A DNA stretch of 64,000 bases from Candidatus Helarchaeota archaeon (GCA_019058315.1 JAHPZH010000003.1:137669-201668), one strand, 5' to 3'. Positions 39,408 to 49,789 are shown, counted from the first letter of the stretch. Notes: generated by a model not told the origin, from the letters alone. Numbers and translations are program-made.

Positions 39408-40310
39408 TTACCATGTTTCAATAATATCTCCGAAATATTTTATGTATGCCGATAAGCATCCCCAAGCTAATACAAATAAACCTATTGCCCAAAAGATAAT
39501 AGGATATACATAATAATAGTAGAAACGCATATTTGGAGGAATAAAAATAGGAGTAGTCCTTGTGTAGTAAAGACTAAAGTAAATTATCAGTCCACCTACA
39601 GTTACCCATAGAATACACCAAAGAGCATATAATGCGGCTTTACCATATGCTTCTTCCCAGGTTATTTCTTGAAATGTTATAACATCACCAAGTTCTTTAA
39701 ATTCAGCAGCACTTATTCCCAAGATCATCAGATAGAGTGCAGTTATTATTACTAATATAAGAATTGTCCATTTAGTATTAATATCCAAATAAACTCGTCC
39801 AAGGTATATATTGCTAAACCCTATAATGAATCCACCAACGAGAAGCCAGAGGAGACACCAGCCGAACATATGTCCTGAAGCGCTCCATGCATTTTTGCCT
39901 TCAATTTCGTCGCCTGTTACCATTTTTCCAAGCGTTTGATAGTATGATGCCCGAATTCCGATTAAACCTACTATAACACCAGGAGAAAATGTGAAACATA
40001 ATAAGCCCCAACCTAGTGCTTGACTAAAATAAGATGCCGATCCACTAAATGCTTCTCCCCATAACGTATCAGATTTATTGACTGCTCCGGGAAAGAATTT
40101 AAAGAAAGCAGTATTATAAGGTAAACCAAATATGATAAACCCAATAATAACCAATACGAAACGAATTGGGATTTCTCTTGAATTAGCGACTGGTGTAAAT
40201 AATGATGATATAATTATTGATCCGCCAAGGAAAATCCAGAGGAAACACCAAGCTACACAGATTAATGATGTAAGAAAAGCTTTTCCCCAAGAAACCATTT
40301 TTTTCAACAC
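39408..40310 (-). CDS. Membrane protein with internal repeats
   Basis: Repeated W..A......WC.LW...GG.II units. Confidence 0.7.
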   Translation of the reverse strand: MLKKMVSWGKAFLTSLICVAWCFLWIFLGGSIIISSLFTPVANSREIPIRFVLVIIGFIIFGLPYNTAFFKFFPGAVNKSDTLWGEAFSGSASYFSQALGWGLLCFTFSPGVIVGLIGIRASYYQTLGKMVTGDEIEGKNAWSASGHMFGWCLLWLLVGGFIIGFSNIYLGRVYLDINTKWTILILVIITALYLMILGISAAEFKELGDVITFQEITWEEAYGKAALYALWCILWVTVGGLIIYFSLYYTRTTPIFIPPNMRFYYYYVYPIIFWAIGLFVLAWGCLSAYIKYFGDIIETW

Positions 40311-40425
40311 CCATTATTTAATAGAATATAATAACTATAAATTTGATCTTCATATATAATTTTCGATTTTAAGTTGGGATGTTTAAAAAAATCAAAGTTT
40401 AAGTAATTCTTAGGGATATATAACT

Positions 40426-40953
40426 TTATTTGGACATCATTTGATTACCATATCGCTCCGAAAAAAATAATTCATTAAATTCCTTTCTTGGTCGGGCTGG
40501 TGGTGATTGATTCGGTATTCCAATTGGTAATAGAGCAACAATTTTTAAATTATCAGGAATTTTTAAAATTTCTTTTATTGATTCCTCATCAAATGCGCCT
40601 ATCCAGCAAGTACCATAACCAAGTTCAGTTGCAACTAAAACCATATGTTCCATAGCTATCGCAATATCTACTTTATACCATTTTTCTCGTATAGGATCCC
40701 CCAAACCTATGATTATCACTGCAGCTTTAGAAATAAAAGTCTGATAATTTGCCATTTTTCCAATTTGTTTCTTAATTTGGGGATCTTGAACGATTATGAA
40801 TTTATATGGTTGCATATTCGAAGCTGAAGGTGCTAATTGAGCACAACTTAAAATTTTTATAAGATCTTCATTTGGAATTTCACTTTTTTTATATCTTCGT
40901 ATACTTCTTCTTGTTTCGATGACTTTAATTACAGTCATTTTAGTTTTTAACAC
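40426..40953 (-). CDS. Nitroreductase family protein
   Basis: RRSIRRY, LAPSASNMQP, GTCWIGAF. Confidence 0.92.
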   Translation of the reverse strand: MLKTKMTVIKVIETRRSIRRYKKSEIPNEDLIKILSCAQLAPSASNMQPYKFIIVQDPQIKKQIGKMANYQTFISKAAVIIIGLGDPIREKWYKVDIAIAMEHMVLVATELGYGTCWIGAFDEESIKEILKIPDNLKIVALLPIGIPNQSPPARPRKEFNELFFSERYGNQMMSK

Positions 40954-41111
40954 CTCAAAACAATAATTTAAACCAATATTAAAAAGCTATTGTAAAAATA
41001 ATTTTCTAATATTTCTTATCTTCAAATTTATTATAATTAGGTTGAAAAACTCTTCGATATATTCAAATTAAAAATTATTAAAAAAAAGATTAAAAAGAAT
41101 GAATAGATACA

Positions 41112-41414
41112 TTATGGGAGTTCCTTGATTATGTCTATAGCTTTTTCGACTGGGATCGCTACTAAAGTTTCTGTACTTATCGTTCCAGCAATACCGATTG
41201 TTAATAGTGCTTTTATTGCTGCCTCATTGCTTGGTGCTTCAACTATTCCAACAAAATCGTAACGACCCATAGTAATATAAAGTTGTATATATTCTCCTCC
41301 TAATGATTTGGCTAATTTTTGCGATTGTTCCAATGCATCAGGTAATTTTTTAATGGTTTTAAGTCCTAGTTGAGTGAAATTGCCAAGAATTATATAAGTT
41401 GACATATATATCAT
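41112..41414 (-). CDS. GYD domain protein
   Basis: FTQLGLKTI, TMGRYDFV, TETL. Confidence 0.85.
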   Translation of the reverse strand: MIYMSTYIILGNFTQLGLKTIKKLPDALEQSQKLAKSLGGEYIQLYITMGRYDFVGIVEAPSNEAAIKALLTIGIAGTISTETLVAIPVEKAIDIIKELP

Positions 41415-41544
41415 CCTCCAAATTTTATGTAAAAATATCTATAATTTAACTAAAATAAAAAAATTATGAATTATTAAATAAATTAAAATAAATCTTTAGA
41501 AATTTAAAGAAATTTTAAATTTCAAAATTAAGATATGATTTCTT

Positions 41545-41976
41545 ATGGAGCTAAAACCAATCGGAGTAATTCATTCTCCATTTAATTTTTCAAATGTTCC
41601 TTATCAAGGTAAAATTAGTGATAAAATCTGCGAAGTTGAAATTTTTAAGGAATATGCAGATGGTTTAAAAGATATTGAGACGTTTTCACACATAATTTTG
41701 ATTTTTTTTCTTCATAAACATAGACCAAATCTGCCATTAATTCATCCGACTCGGTGGGGTCCTGAACTTCGCGGAGTTTTTGCTACTCGTTCTCCATTTC
41801 ACCCCAATCCAATAGGTATAACTGTAGTAGAGTTAATTAAAAGGCAAATGAATGTATTAAAAATTAGAGGATGCGATGCGATTGATGGAACACCATTAAT
41901 CGATATAAAACCCTATGTCTCAAGATTTGATTGTGTGAAAAATGCATCAAATGGATGGTTAGAACAAAAATTTTAA
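41545..41976 (+). CDS. trmO: tRNA m6t6A37 methyltransferase TrmO/TsaA family
   Basis: LKPIGVIHSP, GVFATRSP..PNPIG, DGTPLIDIKPY. Confidence 0.9.
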   Translation: MELKPIGVIHSPFNFSNVPYQGKISDKICEVEIFKEYADGLKDIETFSHIILIFFLHKHRPNLPLIHPTRWGPELRGVFATRSPFHPNPIGITVVELIKRQMNVLKIRGCDAIDGTPLIDIKPYVSRFDCVKNASNGWLEQKF

Positions 41977-41980
41977 TATT

Positions 41981-43429
41981 TTATTTTGTCAATTTTTGAA
42001 AATTTTTTGCCATTGAATTACTTATTCTAACCTCAGCAAAGGGGTGAAGTGGGTGGTCTCTAAATGCAAGTTGACGAGCCCATTGCATTCCAAATCTCCA
42101 TACATCTTGGTTTAGGGCTTCAGCAATTTCTGGTTCTTCCTTAATTAAATTATTTTTTTCCTCTGGATCATTGATCATATCATATAATTCATCCATGCCA
42201 CCTTTTTCACCACGATTATCAATAAATTTCCAACGAGGAGTTCTACAACCAGCTCTAATTTGAAATCCACCCATAAATATTATATCATGAACTGCATCAA
42301 TCTTTGAATTCCTATCAATAATTGCAGGATTTAATGAAAGGGATTGCATTTCTTTGCGAATTTTCATTTTACCTGTTTCTAAGAAGAATCCTGAAATATC
42401 TACAGTTGTAAGTAATGTATCCATTTTTCTTCCTTTATCAAATTCAGGACCTTTAACAATAAAAGGAATTTTTGCCAGTTCATCATAAATAGGAACACCG
42501 TATTTTCTTATTGTTCCATGTTCACCATAAGGTTCGCCATGATCACTGATAACAATAAAAACTGTATCGTCCATTAATCCTAGGTCATCAATTTTCTGAA
42601 CAATTTTTCCAACTTCCATATCAACTTCATAATTTGTTCCGTGAACATGAGCAAGCAAGTTCTGAATCATTCCTTTTGGAAGAAGCGATGCATTAGCTGG
42701 AGGGAGAGGGCAATGTCCGACTGAATCATCCATTAAATGCTTAAAAGGCTTTAGAAATTCTTCTGGAGCCAGCCAAGGTTCGTGAGGCTCGAAATGGTCG
42801 ATCCAAAGAAAGAATTTGGCATTATCTTTTTCTAATTGATTAAGCCAATCCAAAGCCCAATTGGTGACTAATTCTGCACGTCTTAAATCTTGTGACTTTT
42901 TTAAATATATTTCATTTCCCATAGTTCCTTTGAAAATAGCTTGTTCAACTTGCCTAGATAATCTTCCAAATTCTTGATCAGCATCAAGTTGTTCTTCTGG
43001 CCAGAAATATTTCTCTGTATTTACTGATTTCATATCAGCCCCTGGAACAGGTGCAGAAACTTTACCATATATAGAATGCTTAAAAACATCAAATCCAATA
43101 TGACAATTATAAACACTAACTGTCATTGGGCTATCCCCAAAAAGAGCTGTTTTATATCCTTTCTTTTTAAAGCGTTTAGTAATATGGAAATCATGAGGAG
43201 TCATTGGTTTCCAAGTTCTACTAGTATGTGTATAAATTCCCGCCAATAGAGCTGTTCTTGTAGGTATTGTAATTGGATACTCAGCATAAGCATTAGTAAA
43301 ATTTATCCCTTGCTCAGCTAATCTATCAATATTTGGAGTTTTTGCCACTTCGCACCCATTACATCCTAAATGATCAGGTCTAAGAGAATCCAGCATGAAA
43401 ACTATAATATTAGGGCTCCTATTTGACAT
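41981..43429 (-). CDS. Sulfatase-like alkaline-phosphatase-superfamily hydrolase
   Basis: PNII..DSLRPD, TPNIDRLA, TIPTR, PHEPW, SDHG, ELYD..DP.E..NL. Confidence 0.88.
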   Translation of the reverse strand: MSNRSPNIIVFMLDSLRPDHLGCNGCEVAKTPNIDRLAEQGINFTNAYAEYPITIPTRTALLAGIYTHTSRTWKPMTPHDFHITKRFKKKGYKTALFGDSPMTVSVYNCHIGFDVFKHSIYGKVSAPVPGADMKSVNTEKYFWPEEQLDADQEFGRLSRQVEQAIFKGTMGNEIYLKKSQDLRRAELVTNWALDWLNQLEKDNAKFFLWIDHFEPHEPWLAPEEFLKPFKHLMDDSVGHCPLPPANASLLPKGMIQNLLAHVHGTNYEVDMEVGKIVQKIDDLGLMDDTVFIVISDHGEPYGEHGTIRKYGVPIYDELAKIPFIVKGPEFDKGRKMDTLLTTVDISGFFLETGKMKIRKEMQSLSLNPAIIDRNSKIDAVHDIIFMGGFQIRAGCRTPRWKFIDNRGEKGGMDELYDMINDPEEKNNLIKEEPEIAEALNQDVWRFGMQWARQLAFRDHPLHPFAEVRISNSMAKNFQKLTK

Positions 43430-43574
43430 TTAAAATCTCTCATTTTCTTTTTCTTAAATTATTATCTAGTTTTTATTTAGTTTTTTTTGTAAATTCCTAA
43501 ATTTTTTTATATTTTAATTTAGCTTATAATTATATAACCTTATTAATAGCTTTAAATGAAGGATTTGCGGGTCT

Positions 43575-44462
43575 GTGGAAAAAAAATTTGGAAAATTATT
43601 TGAAAAAGAAAAGATTGACAGGATTTTGAAACTTTTATCTGAATATTTTGAAAAAGATGATGAAGAATTATTATTAGAAAATATAGAATATCTTGAAAAA
43701 CTATGTTTTACAATTAAAGAGAAAGAATGGGTCTTTTCGAAAGATATTATTGATATCATAATTAAAAATTTGAATAATAAATGGTGGCATGTTCGTCAAG
43801 ACCTAATTATTCTTATCGGTAAAATAACTGAACTTTTTCCCAAAGAATTAATTCAGATAGATTTAGAGCCTATTATTGCTCAATTAAAAGAGATTTTTAT
43901 TAGCGATAATGACGAAGATAACAGATACCACGCTCTCAGAGTAATTGGAAAAGTTGGACTTATCGCACCTAATAAGTGTTTGCAATTCCTACTAAATCAA
44001 TTATATGATCCCAATCCTAAAATACAAGTATATTCTATTAATGCTTTGACTGAAATCGCAAATCAACATATAGGAGAAGTTAAGGAAATATTACCATTCC
44101 TTACAGAAAGCCTTCAAAAAGAGAATAAAGATCCTTTTGTAGTTCCAATTTTAGAAGAAGCAATAAAAAATATTAGTGAACATCTTTATGATGAGAAAAT
44201 TACCGACTTTATGACGACAGAGCTAATATCTTGTCCTTATTGTAAGGAATTTTATCCTGCTAAATCCGATGTATGTACAAATTGCGGAAGAGAAGTAGCT
44301 AAGTGCATAATCTGCGGACAAAAATTACAACATGAAACAGATATGAAACCATGTCCTTATTGCAAAACAATTTTCCATAAAAGACATATTCTAGAATGGG
44401 TACAAGACAAACATAATTGTCCCTCTTGTATGCGTTCCTTGTTTGAAGAAGATTTGAAATAA
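43575..44462 (+). CDS. HEAT-repeat protein with C-terminal zinc ribbon and RING-like domain
   Basis: WHVRQ..IGKI, DNRYHAL.VIGKV, DPNPKIQ..ALTEI repeats; CPYC..CTNC; CIIC-x12-CPYC-x4-H-x2-H..LEWV..CPSC. Confidence 0.8.
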   Translation: MEKKFGKLFEKEKIDRILKLLSEYFEKDDEELLLENIEYLEKLCFTIKEKEWVFSKDIIDIIIKNLNNKWWHVRQDLIILIGKITELFPKELIQIDLEPIIAQLKEIFISDNDEDNRYHALRVIGKVGLIAPNKCLQFLLNQLYDPNPKIQVYSINALTEIANQHIGEVKEILPFLTESLQKENKDPFVVPILEEAIKNISEHLYDEKITDFMTTELISCPYCKEFYPAKSDVCTNCGREVAKCIICGQKLQHETDMKPCPYCKTIFHKRHILEWVQDKHNCPSCMRSLFEEDLK

Positions 44463-44522
44463 TCGATTCTTCTACATTCATATTGGATGATGTAATTAGA
44501 TTATTAAGGAGATAATGATGAG

Positions 44523-45068
44523 TTGAAACCTTTAGAAAGAAAATTATTTCCAAGTCGTGGTATATTTGAGATTATAATTGGAATATTTTGGTTAATGTTT
44601 AATTTCTTATTTTTAAGACAAAGATTCACTCTTCCATGGGATCCATTTTCATGGAAATATTTTATGAGCCTGCTTTTCTTTGGAGTATATTTTATATTTG
44701 AAGGGGTATTTAATCTAATTTATGCAATTCGCATATATTCCACTTATCAAAATTACCCAAGTGATGATTTGTGCGATCATTGTGGAGTTAAGGTAGAAAA
44801 TATTAAATTAAATGACTTTGGTGATATAAAAAAAATCCTTTGTAAAAAATGTCATATTAAGCATGAATTAATTTTTATCATAATTTTTGAGATTCTAGTG
44901 GTCGTATTTATTTTATTTTTAATATTTAATAATCCTCCAACTTCTAATATAAGTGAAATTTTATTTAACCTTTTTATAATTATAAGTTTTGCAATAGTTA
45001 TACCCATTTTATCTCTAATCCGTATAAAAAGAGGCGGGGCAATATTTGGAGAAAAGGAATTTGTTTGA
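44523..45068 (+). CDS. Four-TM protein with central CxxC/CxxC zinc finger
   Basis: 2 TM, CDHC-x19-CKKCH, 2 TM; paralog of 59317..59820. Confidence 0.7.
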   Translation: MKPLERKLFPSRGIFEIIIGIFWLMFNFLFLRQRFTLPWDPFSWKYFMSLLFFGVYFIFEGVFNLIYAIRIYSTYQNYPSDDLCDHCGVKVENIKLNDFGDIKKILCKKCHIKHELIFIIIFEILVVVFILFLIFNNPPTSNISEILFNLFIIISFAIVIPILSLIRIKRGGAIFGEKEFV

Positions 45069-45294
45069 TATTAATTATCAGGTTGCTTAATTTCTAAAGG
45101 AATATCTGGAATTTCATAGCAATATTGAAGAAGTATCCAAGTTGGAGAAGAGAATTGATAAATTAGAAAGAAAAATTATGAAATTAAATTAAAAAAAAAC
45201 TTCACTTTCTTATAGTTATATGATTTACACAATTTTCCTTCTTTTATACATTCTCTATTTGAAGAAAATTTGAACTGATTTGAATATTCCAGAA

Positions 45295-45657
45295 TCAACT
45301 AAAGATATTGTGAATCTTTCTAGAGTAACGAACCATGAGCCCCTTTAGAATTGGGCTTGCAGCATTATCAGTGATTGAAGCCAATAACATCTTTTTATTT
45401 GGAATATGCTTTATGTAGAGATTAACTCCATTTGTTAATCTGATTTTGGCTTCATTAGATTTAATCTTTTTGCTCATATGACGAAAAATTGTTGCTATAT
45501 GTGCAGAAATTTTTCTATTTTCGTATTTTTCACCTGGCAACTTTGACGATATGTGTAATCCATTGTCTCTTATTAAGATTGAACCTTTAATTTGCTTATG
45601 TTTATTCATTTTATTATGAATAATCTTCATTTTCTCTTCTACGTTTTTGTTATTCAT
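45295..45657 (-). CDS. Roadblock/LC7 (profilin-like fold) domain protein
   Basis: IKGSILIRDNGLHISS...ISAHIATI pattern. Confidence 0.7.
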   Translation of the reverse strand: MNNKNVEEKMKIIHNKMNKHKQIKGSILIRDNGLHISSKLPGEKYENRKISAHIATIFRHMSKKIKSNEAKIRLTNGVNLYIKHIPNKKMLLASITDNAASPILKGLMVRYSRKIHNIFS

Positions 45658-45732
45658 GTGTAAAAAATCAATTTTTAAATAGATATAGGGGAGGATTATC
45701 TAAATAGTACATAATCCAATTTAAGAAGTCAG

Positions 45733-46440
45733 TTAAAACAATCCAGATTCGAAATTTTTTCTAGCATCTTTAATTGCAGTTTCCAAAATATCAAAAATCT
45801 TAATTCCATCAGCTGAGCGAACGGCAAAAATAATTTCTGTAAAAGTACTGATAATATCTATTAATGTAATTCCACCCTGTGCTACTAAACCTGTTAAATA
45901 ATACATAATGCCAGGCACATCTACCATTCGAGGTGGAGTATTTACAATTAATATAGATAGATCATCTTCCTTTTGTAATATTTCACTCTTTTTATTTCCT
46001 AACTTATCTAGAATTAATTTTGCATTTTTTCGATTAAGCAGAACAGCAAGTTCTCCAGAGCTTTGAAAGAGATACATTCTTTCTCCTTTTGACCAATCGA
46101 TATTTTTATCATAAATCTCTGAAACAATTGAGTGATTTGAAAGATTGCGCCTTAGAGTAATAGAAACCATATCATTGGCTAGATTTAAGTCAAATTCTGA
46201 AACAATTTTTATAATTTCGTTCGATAAATGAGTATTTTTTAATTTTTCTGCATATCTATATATTGCCATAATTATAGCATTTAGATTTGGAGATTTTTGA
46301 TACTTTTTCTTTATTTCTTCTGAGAGTGTCCTAGCTAAATTTGAAAAATTAATAATATTATCTTTTAATAAATCTTTAATGAATGGTCTATAATCTAGGA
46401 TTTCATTAATTATCTTCTGAATACTTTTTGATTTTTCCAA
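45733..46440 (-). CDS. ACT-domain protein with N-terminal helical/HTH region (putative amino-acid-responsive regulator)
   Basis: RPFIKDLLKDNIINFSNLAR..AIIMAIYRY; C-terminal PGIMYYLTGLVAQGGITLIDIISTFTEI. Likely start TTG 46440 (the longer ORF overlaps dapA). Confidence 0.8.
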   Translation of the reverse strand: MEKSKSIQKIINEILDYRPFIKDLLKDNIINFSNLARTLSEEIKKKYQKSPNLNAIIMAIYRYAEKLKNTHLSNEIIKIVSEFDLNLANDMVSITLRRNLSNHSIVSEIYDKNIDWSKGERMYLFQSSGELAVLLNRKNAKLILDKLGNKKSEILQKEDDLSILIVNTPPRMVDVPGIMYYLTGLVAQGGITLIDIISTFTEIIFAVRSADGIKIFDILETAIKDARKNFESGLF

Positions 46441-46531
46441 TTTAACAAATTCCTTTATTTTTGTATGACCATTATCAAATATGTTAAATATTAATTTAAT
46501 ATAAAATTTTCTAAAATTCATAAATTGGTGA

Positions 46532-47440
46532 TTGAATATGGTTAAAGACGTTAAGCTAGAAGGTAATTTTGTTGCTTTAATTACTCCATTAGACAAAAAT
46601 TTAGAAGTTGATGAAGACGGAATACGTAAGCTTGTGGATCTTCAAATTAAAAATGGAATACATGGTTTAGTTCCTATGGGAACTACTGGTGAAAGTGCAA
46701 CCATGTCTCATCCAGAGCATAGAAAGATAATAGATATTGTTGTAGATCAAGCTAAAGGAAGAGTTCCAGTTATGGCCGGAACAGGATCTAATTCAACAGC
46801 CGAAGCTATTGGACTTACTCAATATGCATTAAATGCTGGAGCAGATGCCTCCCTATTGATTTCACCTTATTACAATAAGCCAACACAGAGAGGTTTGATC
46901 CATCATTTCACGAAAGTTGCAGAATCAGCAAAGGAATTACCAATTTGCATTTATAATGTACCTGGTAGAACTGGTCGAAATGTTGAGGCAGCAACGACTA
47001 TTAAATTATCAAAAATTAAAAATATTGTAGCAATTAAAGAAGCTTCAGGAAATGTTGGTCAAATCATGGATATTATCAATGGTACAGATGAAGATTTTAC
47101 AGTATTGTCTGGTGATGATTCTTTAACTTATACAATATGTACATTAGGTGGAAAAGGTGTTGTCAGCGTTGCTTCGAATGTCGCAACTAAACTTGTATCG
47201 GAGATGTGCGAAAAATTACTTGCAAACGATTTTATTGGGGCAAGAAAATTACATTATAAACTATTGGATTTGTTTGGGATTTTATTTATCGAAACTAATC
47301 CAGGACCTGTAAAAGAAGCTGCAAAATTAATGAACCTTGCTGGAATTTCAAATTGGTATTTACGCCCACCCCTAATAGCATGTACCCCAGAAAATTCTGA
47401 TAAAATTAAGAAAGTTTTACAAGATCTCAAATTACTTTAA
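46532..47440 (+). CDS. dapA: 4-hydroxy-tetrahydrodipicolinate synthase
   Basis: GTTGE, PYYNKP, YNVPGRTG, IKEASG, SGDD, ETNP. Confidence 0.97.
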   Translation: MNMVKDVKLEGNFVALITPLDKNLEVDEDGIRKLVDLQIKNGIHGLVPMGTTGESATMSHPEHRKIIDIVVDQAKGRVPVMAGTGSNSTAEAIGLTQYALNAGADASLLISPYYNKPTQRGLIHHFTKVAESAKELPICIYNVPGRTGRNVEAATTIKLSKIKNIVAIKEASGNVGQIMDIINGTDEDFTVLSGDDSLTYTICTLGGKGVVSVASNVATKLVSEMCEKLLANDFIGARKLHYKLLDLFGILFIETNPGPVKEAAKLMNLAGISNWYLRPPLIACTPENSDKIKKVLQDLKLL

Positions 47441-47455
47441 TTTAGGTGAGAAATA

Positions 47456-48268
47456 GTGATAAGAGTCTGCGTCAGTGGCGCTGATGGAAATATGGGATCG
47501 CTTGTAGTTAAATATGTAATTCAAGATCCGGAAACAGAGTTAGTTAGTGCTCTGACTATGCAAAATTCACCCAATATAGGCAAAGATGCTGGAACATTAG
47601 TAGGTCTTGAAAAAATTGGTGTTAAAATTTCCGATAAGATTTCTGAAGTGCTTGATGCTAAGCCTGAAGTATTTATTGATTTCACTGTTGCATCAGCTGC
47701 TGAGGCAATTGTTCCAAAAGTATTAGAAAGAGGAATTAATTGTATTATAGGTACTACAGCCTTATCTAAAGATTTTATAAAGAATTTCGAAGATACTGTA
47801 AAGAAAAAGGGAATTAAAGGAATGATATCTCCAAATATGTCATTAGGTGTAAATCTTTTCTTAAGTATTGCAGGAGTTCTCGCATCTAAATTGAGTGGTT
47901 ATGATATTGAAATAATTGAAGCACATCATCATCGTAAGAAAGATAGTCCTAGCGGAACTGCAGCTAAACTAGCTGGAATAATTGCTAAAGCAATTGAAAA
48001 AGATTTGGATTCTATTGTTAAATGGGGAAGACCTAAAGGAATGACAAAACGTAAAATTGGAGCAGAAGAAATTGGAGTTCATTCTATACGAGGTGGAGAT
48101 ATAGTCGGAGAACATACGGTACTTTACGCTGGACCTGGTGAAAGAATTGAATTAATTCATAGAGCTCACAGTAGAGAATGTTTTGCAGCAGGAACTGTTG
48201 AAGCTATAAAATTCATAATGGAACAAAAAAAACCCGGAATTTACCAAATGAGCGATTTGATTTCATAG
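47456..48268 (+). CDS. dapB: 4-hydroxy-tetrahydrodipicolinate reductase
   Basis: GADGNMG, IDFT, GTT, EAHHHRKKDSPSGTA, RGGDIVGEH. Confidence 0.97.
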   Translation: MIRVCVSGADGNMGSLVVKYVIQDPETELVSALTMQNSPNIGKDAGTLVGLEKIGVKISDKISEVLDAKPEVFIDFTVASAAEAIVPKVLERGINCIIGTTALSKDFIKNFEDTVKKKGIKGMISPNMSLGVNLFLSIAGVLASKLSGYDIEIIEAHHHRKKDSPSGTAAKLAGIIAKAIEKDLDSIVKWGRPKGMTKRKIGAEEIGVHSIRGGDIVGEHTVLYAGPGERIELIHRAHSRECFAAGTVEAIKFIMEQKKPGIYQMSDLIS

Positions 48269-48431
48269 GTTATTGCCAAATATTAAAAATATTTCTTAAT
48301 TTTTCTTTTTTAAGAAATAAAATTTGGTAAAATACTCAAATTTTTTTCTCAATTTTTATTTAAATTAATTTAAATTACATTAACTTATTAATAAGAATAA
48401 AATAAATCCTAGATTAATAGGAGCCTTCCAT

Positions 48432-49739
48432 ATGATAGAATTTTTAAAACAAAAGAATTTAGAAGTAAAAAAGAACCATCTATTTATTGGTGGTTGTGAT
48501 TGTGTTGAATTAGTAGAAAAATACGACACACCCCTTTATGTAATTAATAAAGACACAATAGTTCAGAGATATCATTCATTAAAAAATGCTCTACTTGAAC
48601 ATTATGATAAAATTGAAATCCATTATGCTGCAAAAGCCAATACAAATATGTCTATTTTAAAGTTATTAAATGAAGAGGGAGCCCATTTAGATTGTGTTAG
48701 CACGGGTGAAATTTATCTCGCTTTGAAAGCAGGATTTGCTCCCGAGAAGATTTTATATACAGGGAATAATTATAGAGATGACGAATTTCAATTTGCCTTG
48801 GAAAAGGGAGTTATGATAAATTTAGATGCTTTATCCCAAATAAAGAGGTTAGTTAATGTCTTAGATGCTGTAAATATGGAGAAACCATTGATTTCATTCC
48901 GTGTTAATCCTGAATTTGGTGGTGGATTTCATGATCATTGCATTACAGCGGGTCCAGATATTAAATTTGGTATTTTAGATAGTGAAATCATAGAGGCATA
49001 TAAAAAAGCTCAGCAATATGGGTTCACAAAATTTGGGATCCACACTCATATTGGTTCAGGGATATTAGATATAAGTACTTTTAAGGTTGCGGCTCAAAAA
49101 TATTTAGATATAATAAGTAAAATAAAAAAGAATCTTGATATTGATTTTGAATTTATTGATTTTGGAGGCGGACTTGGTATCCCCTATCGGCCATCCGAAA
49201 AGCCATTAGACTTGAATGAATATAGTACTTCAATTTTGGATCTATTTAAAAAGAAAATCGAAGAATTGAATTTAAATGGGCTAATATTTTCTATTGAACC
49301 AGGCAGATATCTCGTTGCTGAATCTACAATTATTCTTTCACAAGTTAATACTATTAAAGAAACACGAACTAAAAACTGGATTGGTATAGATGCAGGATTT
49401 AATGTGCTTGTAAGACCCACAATGTATGGAAGTTATCATGAAGTAGTTGTAGCTAATAGAGTGGGGGTAAAAGGTAAACAATTAAAATATGAAATAGCTG
49501 GGCCAATCTGTGAATCTGGTGATGTAATTGCCAAGGATAGAACCCTCCCAAAAATTGAAGAAAATGATTTAATTGCTATTTTAGATGCGGGGGCATACGG
49601 ATTTAGTATGAGTTCCTCGTATAATTCCAAATTACTTCCTGCTGAAATTATGGTAAGCAATGGAAAATCGCAAATCGTAAGAGAAAGACAAGTTTATGAA
49701 GATTTAACCCACCATCAACATTTTTACCAAGATTTATAA
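48432..49739 (+). CDS. lysA: Diaminopimelate decarboxylase
   Basis: YAAKAN, HIGS, DFGGG, EPGRY, GPICESGD, GAYG..M.S.YN. Confidence 0.97.
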   Translation: MIEFLKQKNLEVKKNHLFIGGCDCVELVEKYDTPLYVINKDTIVQRYHSLKNALLEHYDKIEIHYAAKANTNMSILKLLNEEGAHLDCVSTGEIYLALKAGFAPEKILYTGNNYRDDEFQFALEKGVMINLDALSQIKRLVNVLDAVNMEKPLISFRVNPEFGGGFHDHCITAGPDIKFGILDSEIIEAYKKAQQYGFTKFGIHTHIGSGILDISTFKVAAQKYLDIISKIKKNLDIDFEFIDFGGGLGIPYRPSEKPLDLNEYSTSILDLFKKKIEELNLNGLIFSIEPGRYLVAESTIILSQVNTIKETRTKNWIGIDAGFNVLVRPTMYGSYHEVVVANRVGVKGKQLKYEIAGPICESGDVIAKDRTLPKIEENDLIAILDAGAYGFSMSSSYNSKLLPAEIMVSNGKSQIVRERQVYEDLTHHQHFYQDL

Positions 49740-49789
49740 TTAAAGAATAATAAAAAAATTAATCAATAATAAAGAATAATCGTGATGTT

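Noticed and set aside
41499-41523. 10-5-10 inverted repeat gaaatttaaa/tttaaatttc between the GYD gene and trmO
   Set aside because: Almost all A/T in a very AT-rich spacer; plausible by chance.
45091-45192. Coding-like 33-codon stretch FLKEYLEFHSNIEEVSKLEKRIDKLERKIMKLN
   Set aside because: Preceded by an in-frame stop with no upstream start. It may be a gene remnant but is too short to support.
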